Under the pieces are notes generated by a model. That model did no database searches and had not been told where the DNA came from. It was given only the letters and a program-made list of their open reading frames with translations. Position numbers and translations under genes: made by a program. 64,000 nt of DNA, from NCBI GenBank assembly GCA_044226625.1, contig JBGAGQ010000001.1:223213-287212 (forward strand). Direction: 5' to 3'. The DNA is from Thermoanaerobaculia bacterium (GTDB lineage Bacteria; Acidobacteriota; Thermoanaerobaculia; Multivoradales; UBA5704). Within the stretch, counting starts at the first letter, position 1, and each line of letters opens with the position of its first letter. This document shows, in pieces, positions 17,804-28,849 of this stretch.

Positions 17804-19067
17804 CACGTCCGATCCGCTAGGCCCTCTCGCCGCGTCGAGCTCTTCGGAACCGAATCGGGAGGAGCCGACGCTTCGCGAGGGTGTGAGCCGGCGCGACCTG
17901 CTGCGCGGCTCGGCGGCCCTCGCGGGAGCGGCGGCGATCGGCGCGGGATCCGTCGCCTGCGCGGCGCCCGCCCCCTCCCCCATGCGGCACCGGCCGTTCG
18001 GCAAGACGGGCCTCACGGTCTCGGAGATCGGCTTCGGCGGCTATCCGGTCGACGAGCCCGAGACGGTGCGCTACGCGTTCGAGCGCGGGATCACTTATTT
18101 CGACACCGCCCACTGCTATCGCGGCGGGCGGAGCGAAGAGGTCATCGGCCAGGGCCTCCGAGGCATCCGCGACAAAGTCGTGCTCACGACCAAATGGTGC
18201 CCCCACCACGTGGGCAAGCCGGCGACGAAGGCGAGTTTCCTCGCGATCCTGGATGGCAGCCTCAAGCGCCTCCAGACCGATCACGTCGACGTGATCCTGA
18301 ACCACGAGGTGGGTAAGAGCTCCGACGGGCAGGGCGTCGCGCGGCTCCAGAACCCCGAGATCCTCGAGGCGTTCGAAGCCGCGAAGAAGGCGGGCAAGGC
18401 GCGTTTCCTCGGATTTTCCGGACACGATCCCGACCTGATGTCGGTGATGGATTGGGGGATCGCCTCCGGCCACTTCCACGTGATGCTCGGCCGCTACAGC
18501 TTCCTCGACTACCCCGACCAGATGAAGCGGATCGCCGAGGCTCACCGGCGCGGCATGGGCGTGGTCGCGATGAAGACCCTCGCGGGCGCAAAGGGAGCCG
18601 ACCTCGACCGCTTCAGGGACCGGTACACCAACTTCAAGCAGGCGGCGCTCAAATGGGTTCTCTCGAACCCGAACGTCTCGAACCTGATCATCTCGATCAA
18701 CGGCAAGCGACAGGTCGACGACTACGCCGCCGCCGCCGGCCAGAAGCTGGCCGAAGCCGACCTCGCGATCCTCGCCGAATACGAGGCGACCTTCTCGCGC
18801 GAGGTCTGCCGCTTCGAAGGCGCCTGCCTACCGGCCTGCCCGGAGAACGTCCGCATCGCCGACATTCTCCGCTTCTCGATGTACTACCACGAGTACAAGC
18901 AGGAGAACCGCGCCGTAAAGGCTTACGCCAAGCTGGTCGAAGCCGAGCGCGCGGCCCACTGCCTGCACTGCGCCGGGTTTTGCGAGGCGGCGTGCAGCTA
19001 CGACCTGCCGGTGCGGAGTTTGTTGATCAAGGCGGATCGGGCGCTGGGAGCCGAACGCTCGGCCTGA
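17793..19067 (+). CDS. Aldo/keto reductase with Tat-like signal and C-terminal 4Fe-4S dicluster
   Basis: SRRDLLRG, GKTGLTVSEIGFG, FDTAHCY, SLKRLQTDHVD, AMKTLAG; CRFEGACLPACP and CLHCAGFCEAAC. Confidence 0.92.
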   Translation: MANDTSDPLGPLAASSSSEPNREEPTLREGVSRRDLLRGSAALAGAAAIGAGSVACAAPAPSPMRHRPFGKTGLTVSEIGFGGYPVDEPETVRYAFERGITYFDTAHCYRGGRSEEVIGQGLRGIRDKVVLTTKWCPHHVGKPATKASFLAILDGSLKRLQTDHVDVILNHEVGKSSDGQGVARLQNPEILEAFEAAKKAGKARFLGFSGHDPDLMSVMDWGIASGHFHVMLGRYSFLDYPDQMKRIAEAHRRGMGVVAMKTLAGAKGADLDRFRDRYTNFKQAALKWVLSNPNVSNLIISINGKRQVDDYAAAAGQKLAEADLAILAEYEATFSREVCRFEGACLPACPENVRIADILRFSMYYHEYKQENRAVKAYAKLVEAERAAHCLHCAGFCEAACSYDLPVRSLLIKADRALGAERSA

Positions 19068-19184
19068 TCGGCCTCCCGCACCTCGCCGCGGTTTGATCCC
19101 ACCGCCGCGGAGATCGCCCCGAGCCCCCTCGCCTTCCGACCGTTTCTGCGGCAGAGTTCGCGAAGCTTCAGGTAAGGAGGTCTC

Positions 19185-21485
19185 ATGGCTTCGCTCTCTC
19201 GCTCTTCGCGGTCGCGGTTCGCGCTGTGCCTCGCCGTCGCGACGTTCGTTGGCTTTCCGGTGCTCGCCGAGCAGCCGCCAGCCCCGCATTCTCCTCCGCC
19301 CTCGATCGACCGCCTCGCCCACGTCGCGAAGCTCTGGGGAGAGGTCCGCTACCTCCACCCTTACCTCGCCTACCGGGAGGACCTCGATTGGGACGCGGCG
19401 CTGCTGGCGGCGCTGCCGAAGGTTCGCGCGGCGAAGACGACGGAGGAGTACAGGGCGGCGGTGGCGGGGCTGCTGGCGCCGCTCGGGGATTCGTTGACCC
19501 GGGTCCTTCCGGCCGAAGCGCACTCCGAGGCGGCGAAGCCCGCTCCGGTCGAGCTGTTCAATGAGCTTCCGGACGGCGGGCTCGAGATCCGGCTCGGCCG
19601 GCGGGTCGCGAGCGAGGGTGTGGTCGCCGTGTTCCGCCAGATCACCGGAGAGATGGCGAAGGTCGCTCAAGCGAAGGAGGTCGTGCTCGACCTTCGGACG
19701 GGGAGCTCCAAGGGAGACCCCACGGGGGAGACGGGCTGGGTGGTCGACGAGCTCGGCGGGGCGCTCGGGAGCCGTCCCTGCCGCGCGCCGACCGAGCGCT
19801 ACCTGATGCACTCGGGGTTCTCCGACGCCGGGGCGGGGAGCGGCAGCGGCGGCTATTACTCGGGCTTCCTCGAGAAGCTCGCGCCGTTGTACCGGCCCGA
19901 CCCCGATCTCGAGGTGAGGGAGAAGAAGGTGGCGTTCGTGGTCGATCCGTCGACGCCCGTGCCGCCGTTCGCCCAGGCGCTCCAGGCGTGCGGAGACGGG
20001 CGGATCGTCGCGGTCTCGGCTCTGTCTCCCGAGACGGGAGGCTCGACGATCGATGTCGATCTCGGCGAAGGGGTCACGGTGCGGATGCGGGTGAGCGAGG
20101 CGATCCCGCTCGGCGCCGGGCTGGAGGCCGACGCGGTGATCTCCGAAGGGGATGAGGCCGCCATGACGACGGCCGCGCTCGCCGCACTCCAAATCGAGCG
20201 CAAGAGGACCACCGAGGCACCGAAGCCTTTGCCCGGCGGCGTCTATCGCTACGACCCGACCTACGCCCAGATGACCGAGCCCGATCTCGACCATCGGCAG
20301 CTCGCGGTGATTCGAGCCTGGAACGTGATCGCCCTGTTCTACCCCTACCGGCCACTGATCGGCGATTGGGACGCCGTGCTGCCGGAGTACCTCGCGCGGA
20401 TGGAACGGGCGGACACCGGGCGGCTCTACGCGCTCGCGATCCTCGAGATGATGAACCACGTCGAGGACGGCCATACGGGGGTTTACGGCCATCCGGCACT
20501 GAACGGAATGGTCGGCGGAGCCGGCATCCCGGCGCGCGTCCGGTGGATCGAAGGTGCCGTCGTCGTCACCCAGGTGACGGAGGATGGGAAGAAGGCGGGG
20601 ATCCTGCCGGGCGACGCCGTGAGCGCGGTCGACGGCGAGCCGATCGCCGCGGCGATGGACCGCTTCCGACCGCAGACCACCGCCTCCACCGAGGCCGCCC
20701 TGTGCAACAAGCTCGCGGTCCTGCCGCTCGTGGGGGCCCCGGGATCGATCGCGCGGCTCACCCTCGAGGGCGTCGACGGCAAGACCAAGCAGGTGGAGAT
20801 CGCGCGCGATCCGGGCGCGCGCCTCAAGCTGCCGCCGCGGGTTCCGGGAGACGTCGTCCAAATCCTCCCCGGCAATTTCGGCTACGTCGACCTGATCCGC
20901 CTGACCGTGGCGGACGTGGACGCGATGTTCGAGAAGGTGAAGGACACGCGGGGCCTCATCCTCGACATGCGCGGCTACCCGCAGGGGACCGCCTGGTCGA
21001 TCGCGCCGCGGATCAACACCCGCCACGCGCGGTACGGCGCGCGCTTCCGCCGCGCCGAGCTGTCGGCGTTCTCGACCGAAGAGGAGGAGGGAGCGTTCTC
21101 CTTCGCCCAGCCGCTTCCCGAGCTACCCCCGGGGAAATCGATCTACGAGAAACCGATCGCCATGATCATCGACGACCGGGCGATCAGCCAGAGCGAGCAC
21201 TCCGGCCTGTTCTTCGAGGCGGCCTCCGACGTCCATTTCGTGGGAGAGCCCACCGCCGGGGCGAACGGCGACGTCACCTCGTTCTCGCTCCCCGGGGGGA
21301 TCCACGTCTACTTCACCGGTCATGACGTACGCCACGCCGACGGCAGGCAGCTGCAGCGGATCGGTCTCCAGCCGCACGTGCCCGTCTCCCCCACCCGCGC
21401 GGGCATCGCCGCCGGGCGCGACGAACTGCTGGAAGCGGCGGTGAAGGATCTGGAAGGGCGGGCGGCGGCGGCGAAGCCGAAATGA
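19185..21485 (+). CDS. S41 family peptidase with PDZ, secreted
   Basis: Signal peptide, LWGEVRYLHP, PDZ GILPGD, LDMRGYP, SQSE, PTAGANG. Confidence 0.92.
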   Translation: MASLSRSSRSRFALCLAVATFVGFPVLAEQPPAPHSPPPSIDRLAHVAKLWGEVRYLHPYLAYREDLDWDAALLAALPKVRAAKTTEEYRAAVAGLLAPLGDSLTRVLPAEAHSEAAKPAPVELFNELPDGGLEIRLGRRVASEGVVAVFRQITGEMAKVAQAKEVVLDLRTGSSKGDPTGETGWVVDELGGALGSRPCRAPTERYLMHSGFSDAGAGSGSGGYYSGFLEKLAPLYRPDPDLEVREKKVAFVVDPSTPVPPFAQALQACGDGRIVAVSALSPETGGSTIDVDLGEGVTVRMRVSEAIPLGAGLEADAVISEGDEAAMTTAALAALQIERKRTTEAPKPLPGGVYRYDPTYAQMTEPDLDHRQLAVIRAWNVIALFYPYRPLIGDWDAVLPEYLARMERADTGRLYALAILEMMNHVEDGHTGVYGHPALNGMVGGAGIPARVRWIEGAVVVTQVTEDGKKAGILPGDAVSAVDGEPIAAAMDRFRPQTTASTEAALCNKLAVLPLVGAPGSIARLTLEGVDGKTKQVEIARDPGARLKLPPRVPGDVVQILPGNFGYVDLIRLTVADVDAMFEKVKDTRGLILDMRGYPQGTAWSIAPRINTRHARYGARFRRAELSAFSTEEEEGAFSFAQPLPELPPGKSIYEKPIAMIIDDRAISQSEHSGLFFEAASDVHFVGEPTAGANGDVTSFSLPGGIHVYFTGHDVRHADGRQLQRIGLQPHVPVSPTRAGIAAGRDELLEAAVKDLEGRAAAAKPK

Positions 21486-21506
21486 AAGGTGGAAAGTCGG
21501 AGGCCG

Positions 21507-22700
21507 TTACCCCGTAAACGGCCGCTCGACGAACTCCTTCGCCCGGTCTCTCGCGTCGCCCACGTTCTTCATCGCGAGGACCTCGCGGTAACAGCGGAGC
21601 GCCTCGTCCCGACGGCCGAGGGCGTCGTAGGCCATGCCGCGACGGAGGCGGCCGACGGCCTGATAGTAGGCGTCGTAGGTGCGCTCTGCGGCGAGGAACT
21701 CCAGGCGGTCGAGGTACTCGATCGCCCCGTCGTAACGGCGCTGCCCCATCTCGACCCGAGCGAGCCAGTAGAGGGCTTCCTCGGCGACCGCGCCGCTATA
21801 GCCGGGCGCTCCCTCGACCTGGCGTTCCGCGACTTCTTGGAGGATCACGCCGGCCTCGGCCCAGCGCCCCCAGCGGGCGTACATCCGCCCCTCCGCGACG
21901 TGGAACAGCGAGTTCGTGGGATAGGCCAGGCGCAGTTGGGACAGCTCCGCCGTCGCGCGCGGGAGGTTTCCCTCGAACTGGTCGAAGATCTGGAACAGCG
22001 CGTACCGCGCCTCGGTCTTCGCGAACCGGCTCTTCTCGGCCGCCCGGGCGAGCTCGGCGAGGCCGCGCGCTTTGTCGCCCTTGGGGAACAGCCGAGCGAC
22101 CGCTTTCAGCCAGCGGTAGCGCTGCGGCACGGCTTCGACCAAGTAGTCGAACAGGCCGATGCCGAAAGCGAGATCGTCATTGCCGGGGTCCTGCTTCGCC
22201 AGTCGGCGCATGTTCTTGAGCGCCCGCCGTCCGTCGAGCCCGGCGCGAAGCCAGCTCTGACGGTAAGTGGCGAGGCGCGCCCGGAACGCCGAGGCGCCCG
22301 CCTCGAAGAAGAGCCCGTCCGGATCGTCGCGGTTCTTCTTGAGCCGCCGTTTGGAAAGCGCGAGCGAGCGCTCGATGTGCTTCGAGAAATCGGCATCGAG
22401 CGACGTGTTCTCGGGATCGACCAGCAGCCGCCACCAAGGGACCAGCGCGCGCAGCAGCGGCCCCGCCGGATGGTCGGGGAAACGCCGCTCGACCGCGGCG
22501 AAGCGCGCGTCGGCGGCGGGAAAGTCCATCGAGTAGAGACGGTCGAGCCCGGCGATCACCTGCTCGCGGAACGCCGGGTCGTCGATGATCGAAGCCGGAC
22601 GACGCGCGGGCGCGGCGGCGGCGAACGCCGTGGTCGCGACGATAAGCAGGAGAAGTACGGAGAGGGCGATGCGCGTTGCGGTGTTTCTCACGGCAAACAT
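21507..22700 (-). CDS. Secreted TPR-repeat protein
   Basis: Signal peptide and TPR-like helical repeats; real start may be the GTG at 22691. Confidence 0.85.
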   Translation of the reverse strand: MFAVRNTATRIALSVLLLLIVATTAFAAAAPARRPASIIDDPAFREQVIAGLDRLYSMDFPAADARFAAVERRFPDHPAGPLLRALVPWWRLLVDPENTSLDADFSKHIERSLALSKRRLKKNRDDPDGLFFEAGASAFRARLATYRQSWLRAGLDGRRALKNMRRLAKQDPGNDDLAFGIGLFDYLVEAVPQRYRWLKAVARLFPKGDKARGLAELARAAEKSRFAKTEARYALFQIFDQFEGNLPRATAELSQLRLAYPTNSLFHVAEGRMYARWGRWAEAGVILQEVAERQVEGAPGYSGAVAEEALYWLARVEMGQRRYDGAIEYLDRLEFLAAERTYDAYYQAVGRLRRGMAYDALGRRDEALRCYREVLAMKNVGDARDRAKEFVERPFTG

Positions 22701-22712
22701 CCTATATAGGTC

Positions 22713-22869
22713 GGGCTTTCAGCCCTACCCGCTTTGCTACGGGTTCTGAACCTGGGGCGTTGCCCCAGGCTATTTTGGAACGCGCCGTTGGCGCTCGCGT
22801 CCGGGGACCGGTTCAATTTCATGCGGCGCCGAAGGCGCCAACGTATAAGCCCGGGAAACGCCTCAGGTT
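22713..22869. repeat. REPIN-like inverted pair of multi-hairpin REP elements
   Basis: GGGCTTTCAGCCC...AACCTGGGGCGTTGCCCCAGGCT...GCGCCGTTGGCGC, followed by a degenerate reverse-complement copy GCGCCGAAGGCGC...AGCCCGGGAAACGCCTCAGGTT. Confidence 0.7.
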
Positions 22870-22914
22870 GCGAATCGCAAAACTAAAGGCGGAGCCCCGC
22901 GCCCCCTGCCTCTC

Positions 22915-23415
22915 CTAACCCAACCCGAGAACCGACCAGCGCAGGAGCATGCCCACGAAGACCACCGCCGCAAACGAAAGCAGCGCATACCAGAGCCGAA
23001 ACTCCGGGCTCCACCAACTGCGGCGCCAGGCGATCGCGTTCGCGAACGGCATCGCGAAGGCGAGTAGACCGGCAAGCGCCGGCACGATCAGCCAGCCCGC
23101 CGCGCGTACCTTCCCGATCTCTCCCCCACCGGTCAACAGGTTGAGCGCCGCGCCCAGCAGATGAAGAGCCGAGACGGCGACCCCGAGCCCCACCGCCCAG
23201 GTGGCGGCACGCGGCGGCGACGGCGGTGGCGCGAGGAGATCGACGGCGGCCTCCTTCGGGCGAACGATCAAGGCGACGGCGAACAGGCTGCATAACGTGG
23301 CGACCGTCGCGGCCTGCGCGACGACGAGGGGAGAGGTCGCGGCCGGCGCCGGAACCGGCAGAGGCATCGGCAGGATCCGGGCGAAGAGCGAAGCAGAGAC
23401 TCCCGATTCGAGCAT
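22915..23415 (-). CDS. Hypothetical membrane protein (4 TM)
   Basis: Hydrophobic C-terminal part of ORF 22915..24021; start uncertain (23436, 23415 or 23367). Confidence 0.55.
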   Translation of the reverse strand: MLESGVSASLFARILPMPLPVPAPAATSPLVVAQAATVATLCSLFAVALIVRPKEAAVDLLAPPPSPPRAATWAVGLGVAVSALHLLGAALNLLTGGGEIGKVRAAGWLIVPALAGLLAFAMPFANAIAWRRSWWSPEFRLWYALLSFAAVVFVGMLLRWSVLGLG

Positions 23416-23598
23416 GGCCCCCCCTTGGGTCTCCATCCGGTAGATCGGTGCGCGCCGAGCACGCTCGCGCGCACCCCGGCCGACGCCCCGTCTTTCCTTA
23501 GACTCCTCTAACGCCGATTCGGTGCCCGAAAATCCCACCCCCGCGGGCGATCCGCCGGAGATCACGGGCGCCTCTCCTGAGATACTCTCCGCCCCTCG

Positions 23599-25353
23599 AT
23601 GGAGCTTCGCGATTCCCGCCGCCTGACCGGGGCCGGCCTCCTGCTCGACCGGGAGGGTGCCGTGCTCGAGGTGTCTTTTACCCCTGAGGAGAAGGACCGC
23701 ATCCTTGAGCTCTGGCGCAAGCGTACCCGGCAGCTCCTCGACGCGGTCGGCTGGAACCAGGAGACGATCGCCGTCCGCGAATTCCCGGGCGGAGCGAGCC
23801 TCGCCCTCTCGGCTCCGTTCGATGCCCTGTATGCCGCCTGCGACCTCGCCGAGGCGGCCTGGTCCGCCGCGACCGCGGCGTTTCAGGGCGAGCCAGAGCC
23901 GGATTTCGCGGAAGCTCGCGCGCAAATCTCCGCCGCGATCGAGGCGGAACGGGAGCCCGAGGTGGCCTCGCTTCGCGAGGCGGCCCAGGCGCACGGCGTT
24001 TCGTTTCTGATCGACGACCACGAGGTGACGGTCGGCCTCGGCGCGGGGAGCCGGACCTTCCTTCGGCGACCGCCCTCGCCCCCATCCGATCTCCCCGAAG
24101 GCGCGGAGGAAGCGGCTCGAGACCTGCCGCAGGTGTCCGCCGAGCCCTTAGAGGCGCCCGTCGACTGGAGCCGCGTCCACGACATCCCCCACGCGATCGT
24201 GACCGGCACGAACGGCAAGACCACGACGGTGCGCTTGCTCGCGAGCATCGGCCGCGCGGCGGGTTTCGTCGTCGGCCTCTCCTCGACCGACGGCGTGGTG
24301 GTGGGAGGCGAAAAGGTCGCCGCGGGCGACTACTCCGGTCCCGAAGGGGCGAGGAAAGCGCTGCGCGACTCTCGCGTGGAGCTCGCCGTGCTGGAGCTCG
24401 CGCGCGGCGGCCTGCTACGGCGCGGGGTGCCCCTCCAACGCGCGGCGGCGGCCGCGGTGACCAACGTCGCGGCCGATCACTTGGGGGAATACGGCATCCT
24501 CGACGTCCCCCACCTCGCCGAGGCGAAGATCACCGTCGCGCGCACCCTGCGCCCCGGCGGCCGGCTCGTTCTGAACGCCGACGACCCGGAGCTCGCCGCG
24601 CGCGGCGCCGCGGTCGCGGAACGGTTCGGCCTGGAGCTCGCCTGGTTTTCCCTCTCGCAGGAGACCGATCCGCTCGCCACCCACCTGCGCCAAGGCGGCA
24701 TCGCGGCCTTCGTCGAGCGGGACGCGCTGGTCCTCGCCCACGGCCTCGATCGGATCGACGTCATCCACATCGCCGACTTTCCCCTGGCCCACGGCGGCGC
24801 GGCGCGTCACAACCTCGCGAACGCCCTCACGGCGATCCTCCTCGCCAGCGCCCTCCATCTCTCCCCCGAGGCGATGCGCGAAGGCCTCGCCGCGCTCGCC
24901 TCCTCCCCCGCCGACAATCCCGGCCGGGCGAACCGGATCGCGCTGCCGAACGGCGCCACGGTCCTGCTCGACTACGCGCATAACCCGCACGGCCTTGAAG
25001 CGCTCCGACCGCTCGTCGAGAGCTTTCCGGCGAAGCGCCGCATCCTCCTCCTCGGCCAAGCCGGAGACCGCGACGACACCTCCCTCGCCGCCCTCGCCGC
25101 CTCCGCCGCGCGCTTCGCCCCCGACCTTGTGATCCTCAAAGAGATGCCCGCCTACCTCCGCGGTCGCCAGCCGGGAGAGATTCCGGCGCTCTTAGAGGCA
25201 GAGCTGCGCCGCGCCGGCATCACCGCGATCGAGCACGCCGGAACGGAGCTGGAAGGCGTCGAACGCGCGTTGGCGCTTTCGGAGGAAGGGGACCTACTAA
25301 TCCTCCTGATCCACACCGATCGGGCGAGGGTGTTCGAGCGGCTGGGGGTTTGA
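23599..25353 (+). CDS. Mur-ligase family, cyanophycin synthetase-related protein lacking the ATP-grasp domain
   Basis: DSRRLTG N-terminus, VTGTNGKTTT, GDYSGP, ELARGGLLRRG, TNVAADHLG, LNADD, DYAHNP, GQAGDR. Confidence 0.88.
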   Translation: MELRDSRRLTGAGLLLDREGAVLEVSFTPEEKDRILELWRKRTRQLLDAVGWNQETIAVREFPGGASLALSAPFDALYAACDLAEAAWSAATAAFQGEPEPDFAEARAQISAAIEAEREPEVASLREAAQAHGVSFLIDDHEVTVGLGAGSRTFLRRPPSPPSDLPEGAEEAARDLPQVSAEPLEAPVDWSRVHDIPHAIVTGTNGKTTTVRLLASIGRAAGFVVGLSSTDGVVVGGEKVAAGDYSGPEGARKALRDSRVELAVLELARGGLLRRGVPLQRAAAAAVTNVAADHLGEYGILDVPHLAEAKITVARTLRPGGRLVLNADDPELAARGAAVAERFGLELAWFSLSQETDPLATHLRQGGIAAFVERDALVLAHGLDRIDVIHIADFPLAHGGAARHNLANALTAILLASALHLSPEAMREGLAALASSPADNPGRANRIALPNGATVLLDYAHNPHGLEALRPLVESFPAKRRILLLGQAGDRDDTSLAALAASAARFAPDLVILKEMPAYLRGRQPGEIPALLEAELRRAGITAIEHAGTELEGVERALALSEEGDLLILLIHTDRARVFERLGV

Positions 25354-25468
25354 GCAACGCTTCGCTCTCGCCTGGCAAAAAAGCGAAGGACGCGGGCTGA
25401 GGACGCAGGCCGACCCCTCCCGCGTTGGTGGAAAAGGATCCCAAGATCTGGAGGCACGAATCTAGGCT

Positions 25469-26227
25469 TTAGGTCGTGGCCCCGCGCATCGCTGCCAGCA
25501 TCTCCTCGACCGCCGCTTTCATGCCGATCAGCACCGCACGCGAAACCAGCGCGTGGCCGATGTTCAGCTCTTCCATCCCTTCGACGCGGGCGATGGGACC
25601 GACGTTTTCGACCGTGAGGCCGTGGCCGGCGTAGAGGTGGAAGCCCACCGCGCGACCCAGCGCTCCGGCTTTCTCCACGCGGGCGAGCTCGGAATCCCTC
25701 CCCGAACCCACGGCGGCTCGCGTGTAAGCGTCGGTGTTGATCTCGAATCCGGAAACCCCAGCATCCAGCATCCCCGCGAGCCGCTCCATCTGCTCCGGAT
25801 CGGGATCGAGAAAAAGGGAGACCGCGATCCCGGCCGCCGAGAGCTTCTCCGCCGCGGCGCGGACGCGGTCGCCGTGCACGCGGAGATCGAGTCCCCCTTC
25901 GGTGGTCACTTCCTCCGGGCGCTCCGGTACGAGCGTCACCTGGTGCGGCTTGAGCCGTAGCGCGACGTCGAGCATTTCCGGCTCGGCCGCCATCTCTAGA
26001 TTCAGCTTACCCGTGACGACGGCGCGGAGGCGCTCGACGTCGTGGTCCTGAATGTGCCGCCGGTCGGCGCGGAGATGAACCGTGATGCCGGTGGCACCCG
26101 CCGCTTCGGCCAAAAGGGCCGCGTCGACCGGATCGGGATAGGCGGCCTTCCGCGCCTGGCGCACCGTCGCCACGTGATCGACGTTCACCGACAGGCGGAC
26201 CGGCGAACGGAGATCGGGCGCGCTCAC
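25469..26227 (-). CDS. pdxJ: Pyridoxine 5'-phosphate synthase
   Basis: LSVNVDHVATVRQAR, ITVHLRADRRHIQ, LNLEM, VPERPEEVTTEGG, AGHGL, ELNIGH. Confidence 0.97.
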   Translation of the reverse strand: MSAPDLRSPVRLSVNVDHVATVRQARKAAYPDPVDAALLAEAAGATGITVHLRADRRHIQDHDVERLRAVVTGKLNLEMAAEPEMLDVALRLKPHQVTLVPERPEEVTTEGGLDLRVHGDRVRAAAEKLSAAGIAVSLFLDPDPEQMERLAGMLDAGVSGFEINTDAYTRAAVGSGRDSELARVEKAGALGRAVGFHLYAGHGLTVENVGPIARVEGMEELNIGHALVSRAVLIGMKAAVEEMLAAMRGATT

Positions 26228-26443
26228 CTACCGCTCGACCTCGGCGACAACCGCCGAGGCCTCCTCGGGGGAGCGCGAGATCAAGACGGTGAGTCCGATC
26301 GGCAGCAGCGTGCGGTGCAGCTTTTCGCCGAAGGTGCAGTTGACCTCGTAATAGCCGCCGTCCGAGATACGGACGAGCGTGCCGAGGTGCCCTTTCAGGC
26401 CCAACAGCTCGTTGTGGATGAACACTTCCGCCGGCAGATCCAT
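26228..26443 (-). CDS. Small hypothetical protein (71 aa), possible KOW/SH3-like barrel
   Basis: Abuts the pdxJ start (TAG-GTG); beta-rich pattern G..GTLVRIS..YEV..FG. Confidence 0.7.
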   Translation of the reverse strand: MDLPAEVFIHNELLGLKGHLGTLVRISDGGYYEVNCTFGEKLHRTLLPIGLTVLISRSPEEASAVVAEVER

Positions 26444-26476
26444 CGCCCCGTCAAACCTCCCGCTTCAGAACCCGCA

Positions 26477-27985
<1,509 letters not shown>

Positions 27986-28184
27986 TTTGGCACGTTCCGG
28001 GGTCGAACGGGTGGCTGCCGAGGTTTCGGAGACGGATTTGAGGAATCGAACGTACTTCTAAACGCTCGTTTAGGCGTCGGTGTCCTTCCTCCCGGTCCGC
28101 CGTGATCCGTCCCTCGGGAACTCAGAGCTGCGCCGAGGGTCAAATAGAATTGTTGCAACGCTTGCTTGCGCCGAGGAGAACGCG

Positions 28185-28844
28185 ATGCATCGATCGACAG
28201 GAATCTGGGGAAACGTAGCCTTCGTCTCGCTCTTCTTCGCAGCCACTGGGGCTCAAGGAGAGAGCCCGCGGCCCACCGCGCCGCCGAGATGGGAGTTCTT
28301 CCCCCGTTCCGTCGCCGTCTCCGGCCTCGCTCCGGGCGCCAAGGTCGCGTGGTTTTCGATCTCCCGGGAGTTTTACGACTACGGTCTTTCGGTCCGCCAG
28401 CGCGGAGGACTCGTGACTGACACCGACCAGGATGGGACAGAGGCGATCGAACTCGACCGCGAGCTGTCGCCTGCTTCGATCTGGGGAGCCGTCGACTTTG
28501 CGGCCGGGACGTTCGCACTTGCCCAACCTTCGGGAGCGCCGGTCGACCTCGTCGCGATTCACGGCAATCCCCGTTCGGCGCTGCGGAAGATCGACTTCGA
28601 GGATCGCGATTTCCTCTACGCTTTCCTGGTCCGCCCCGACGTGGGCGCCTGGTGGGCGCGGATCGGCGACGGAAGTCCGGACGACGAAGATGGAGAGATC
28701 GATCGCCGCATCGCCTTGCCGCTTTCGGCGATGAGTCCTTTCGATGGAAGCACCCCACCTCCCGACCGCATCGAGCGCAACGACCTCATCTTCGCGATCG
28801 ACCCGAATCGGCTGGACGTTTTCGCCGCGGGCGTGAGGGAGTAA
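28185..28844 (+). CDS. Secreted hypothetical protein immediately upstream of RHS
   Basis: GAGGAG RBS, signal-like N-terminus, acidic DxDxDG motifs; 5 nt before the RHS ATG. Confidence 0.8.
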   Translation: MHRSTGIWGNVAFVSLFFAATGAQGESPRPTAPPRWEFFPRSVAVSGLAPGAKVAWFSISREFYDYGLSVRQRGGLVTDTDQDGTEAIELDRELSPASIWGAVDFAAGTFALAQPSGAPVDLVAIHGNPRSALRKIDFEDRDFLYAFLVRPDVGAWWARIGDGSPDDEDGEIDRRIALPLSAMSPFDGSTPPPDRIERNDLIFAIDPNRLDVFAAGVRE

Positions 28845-28849
28845 CGTCG

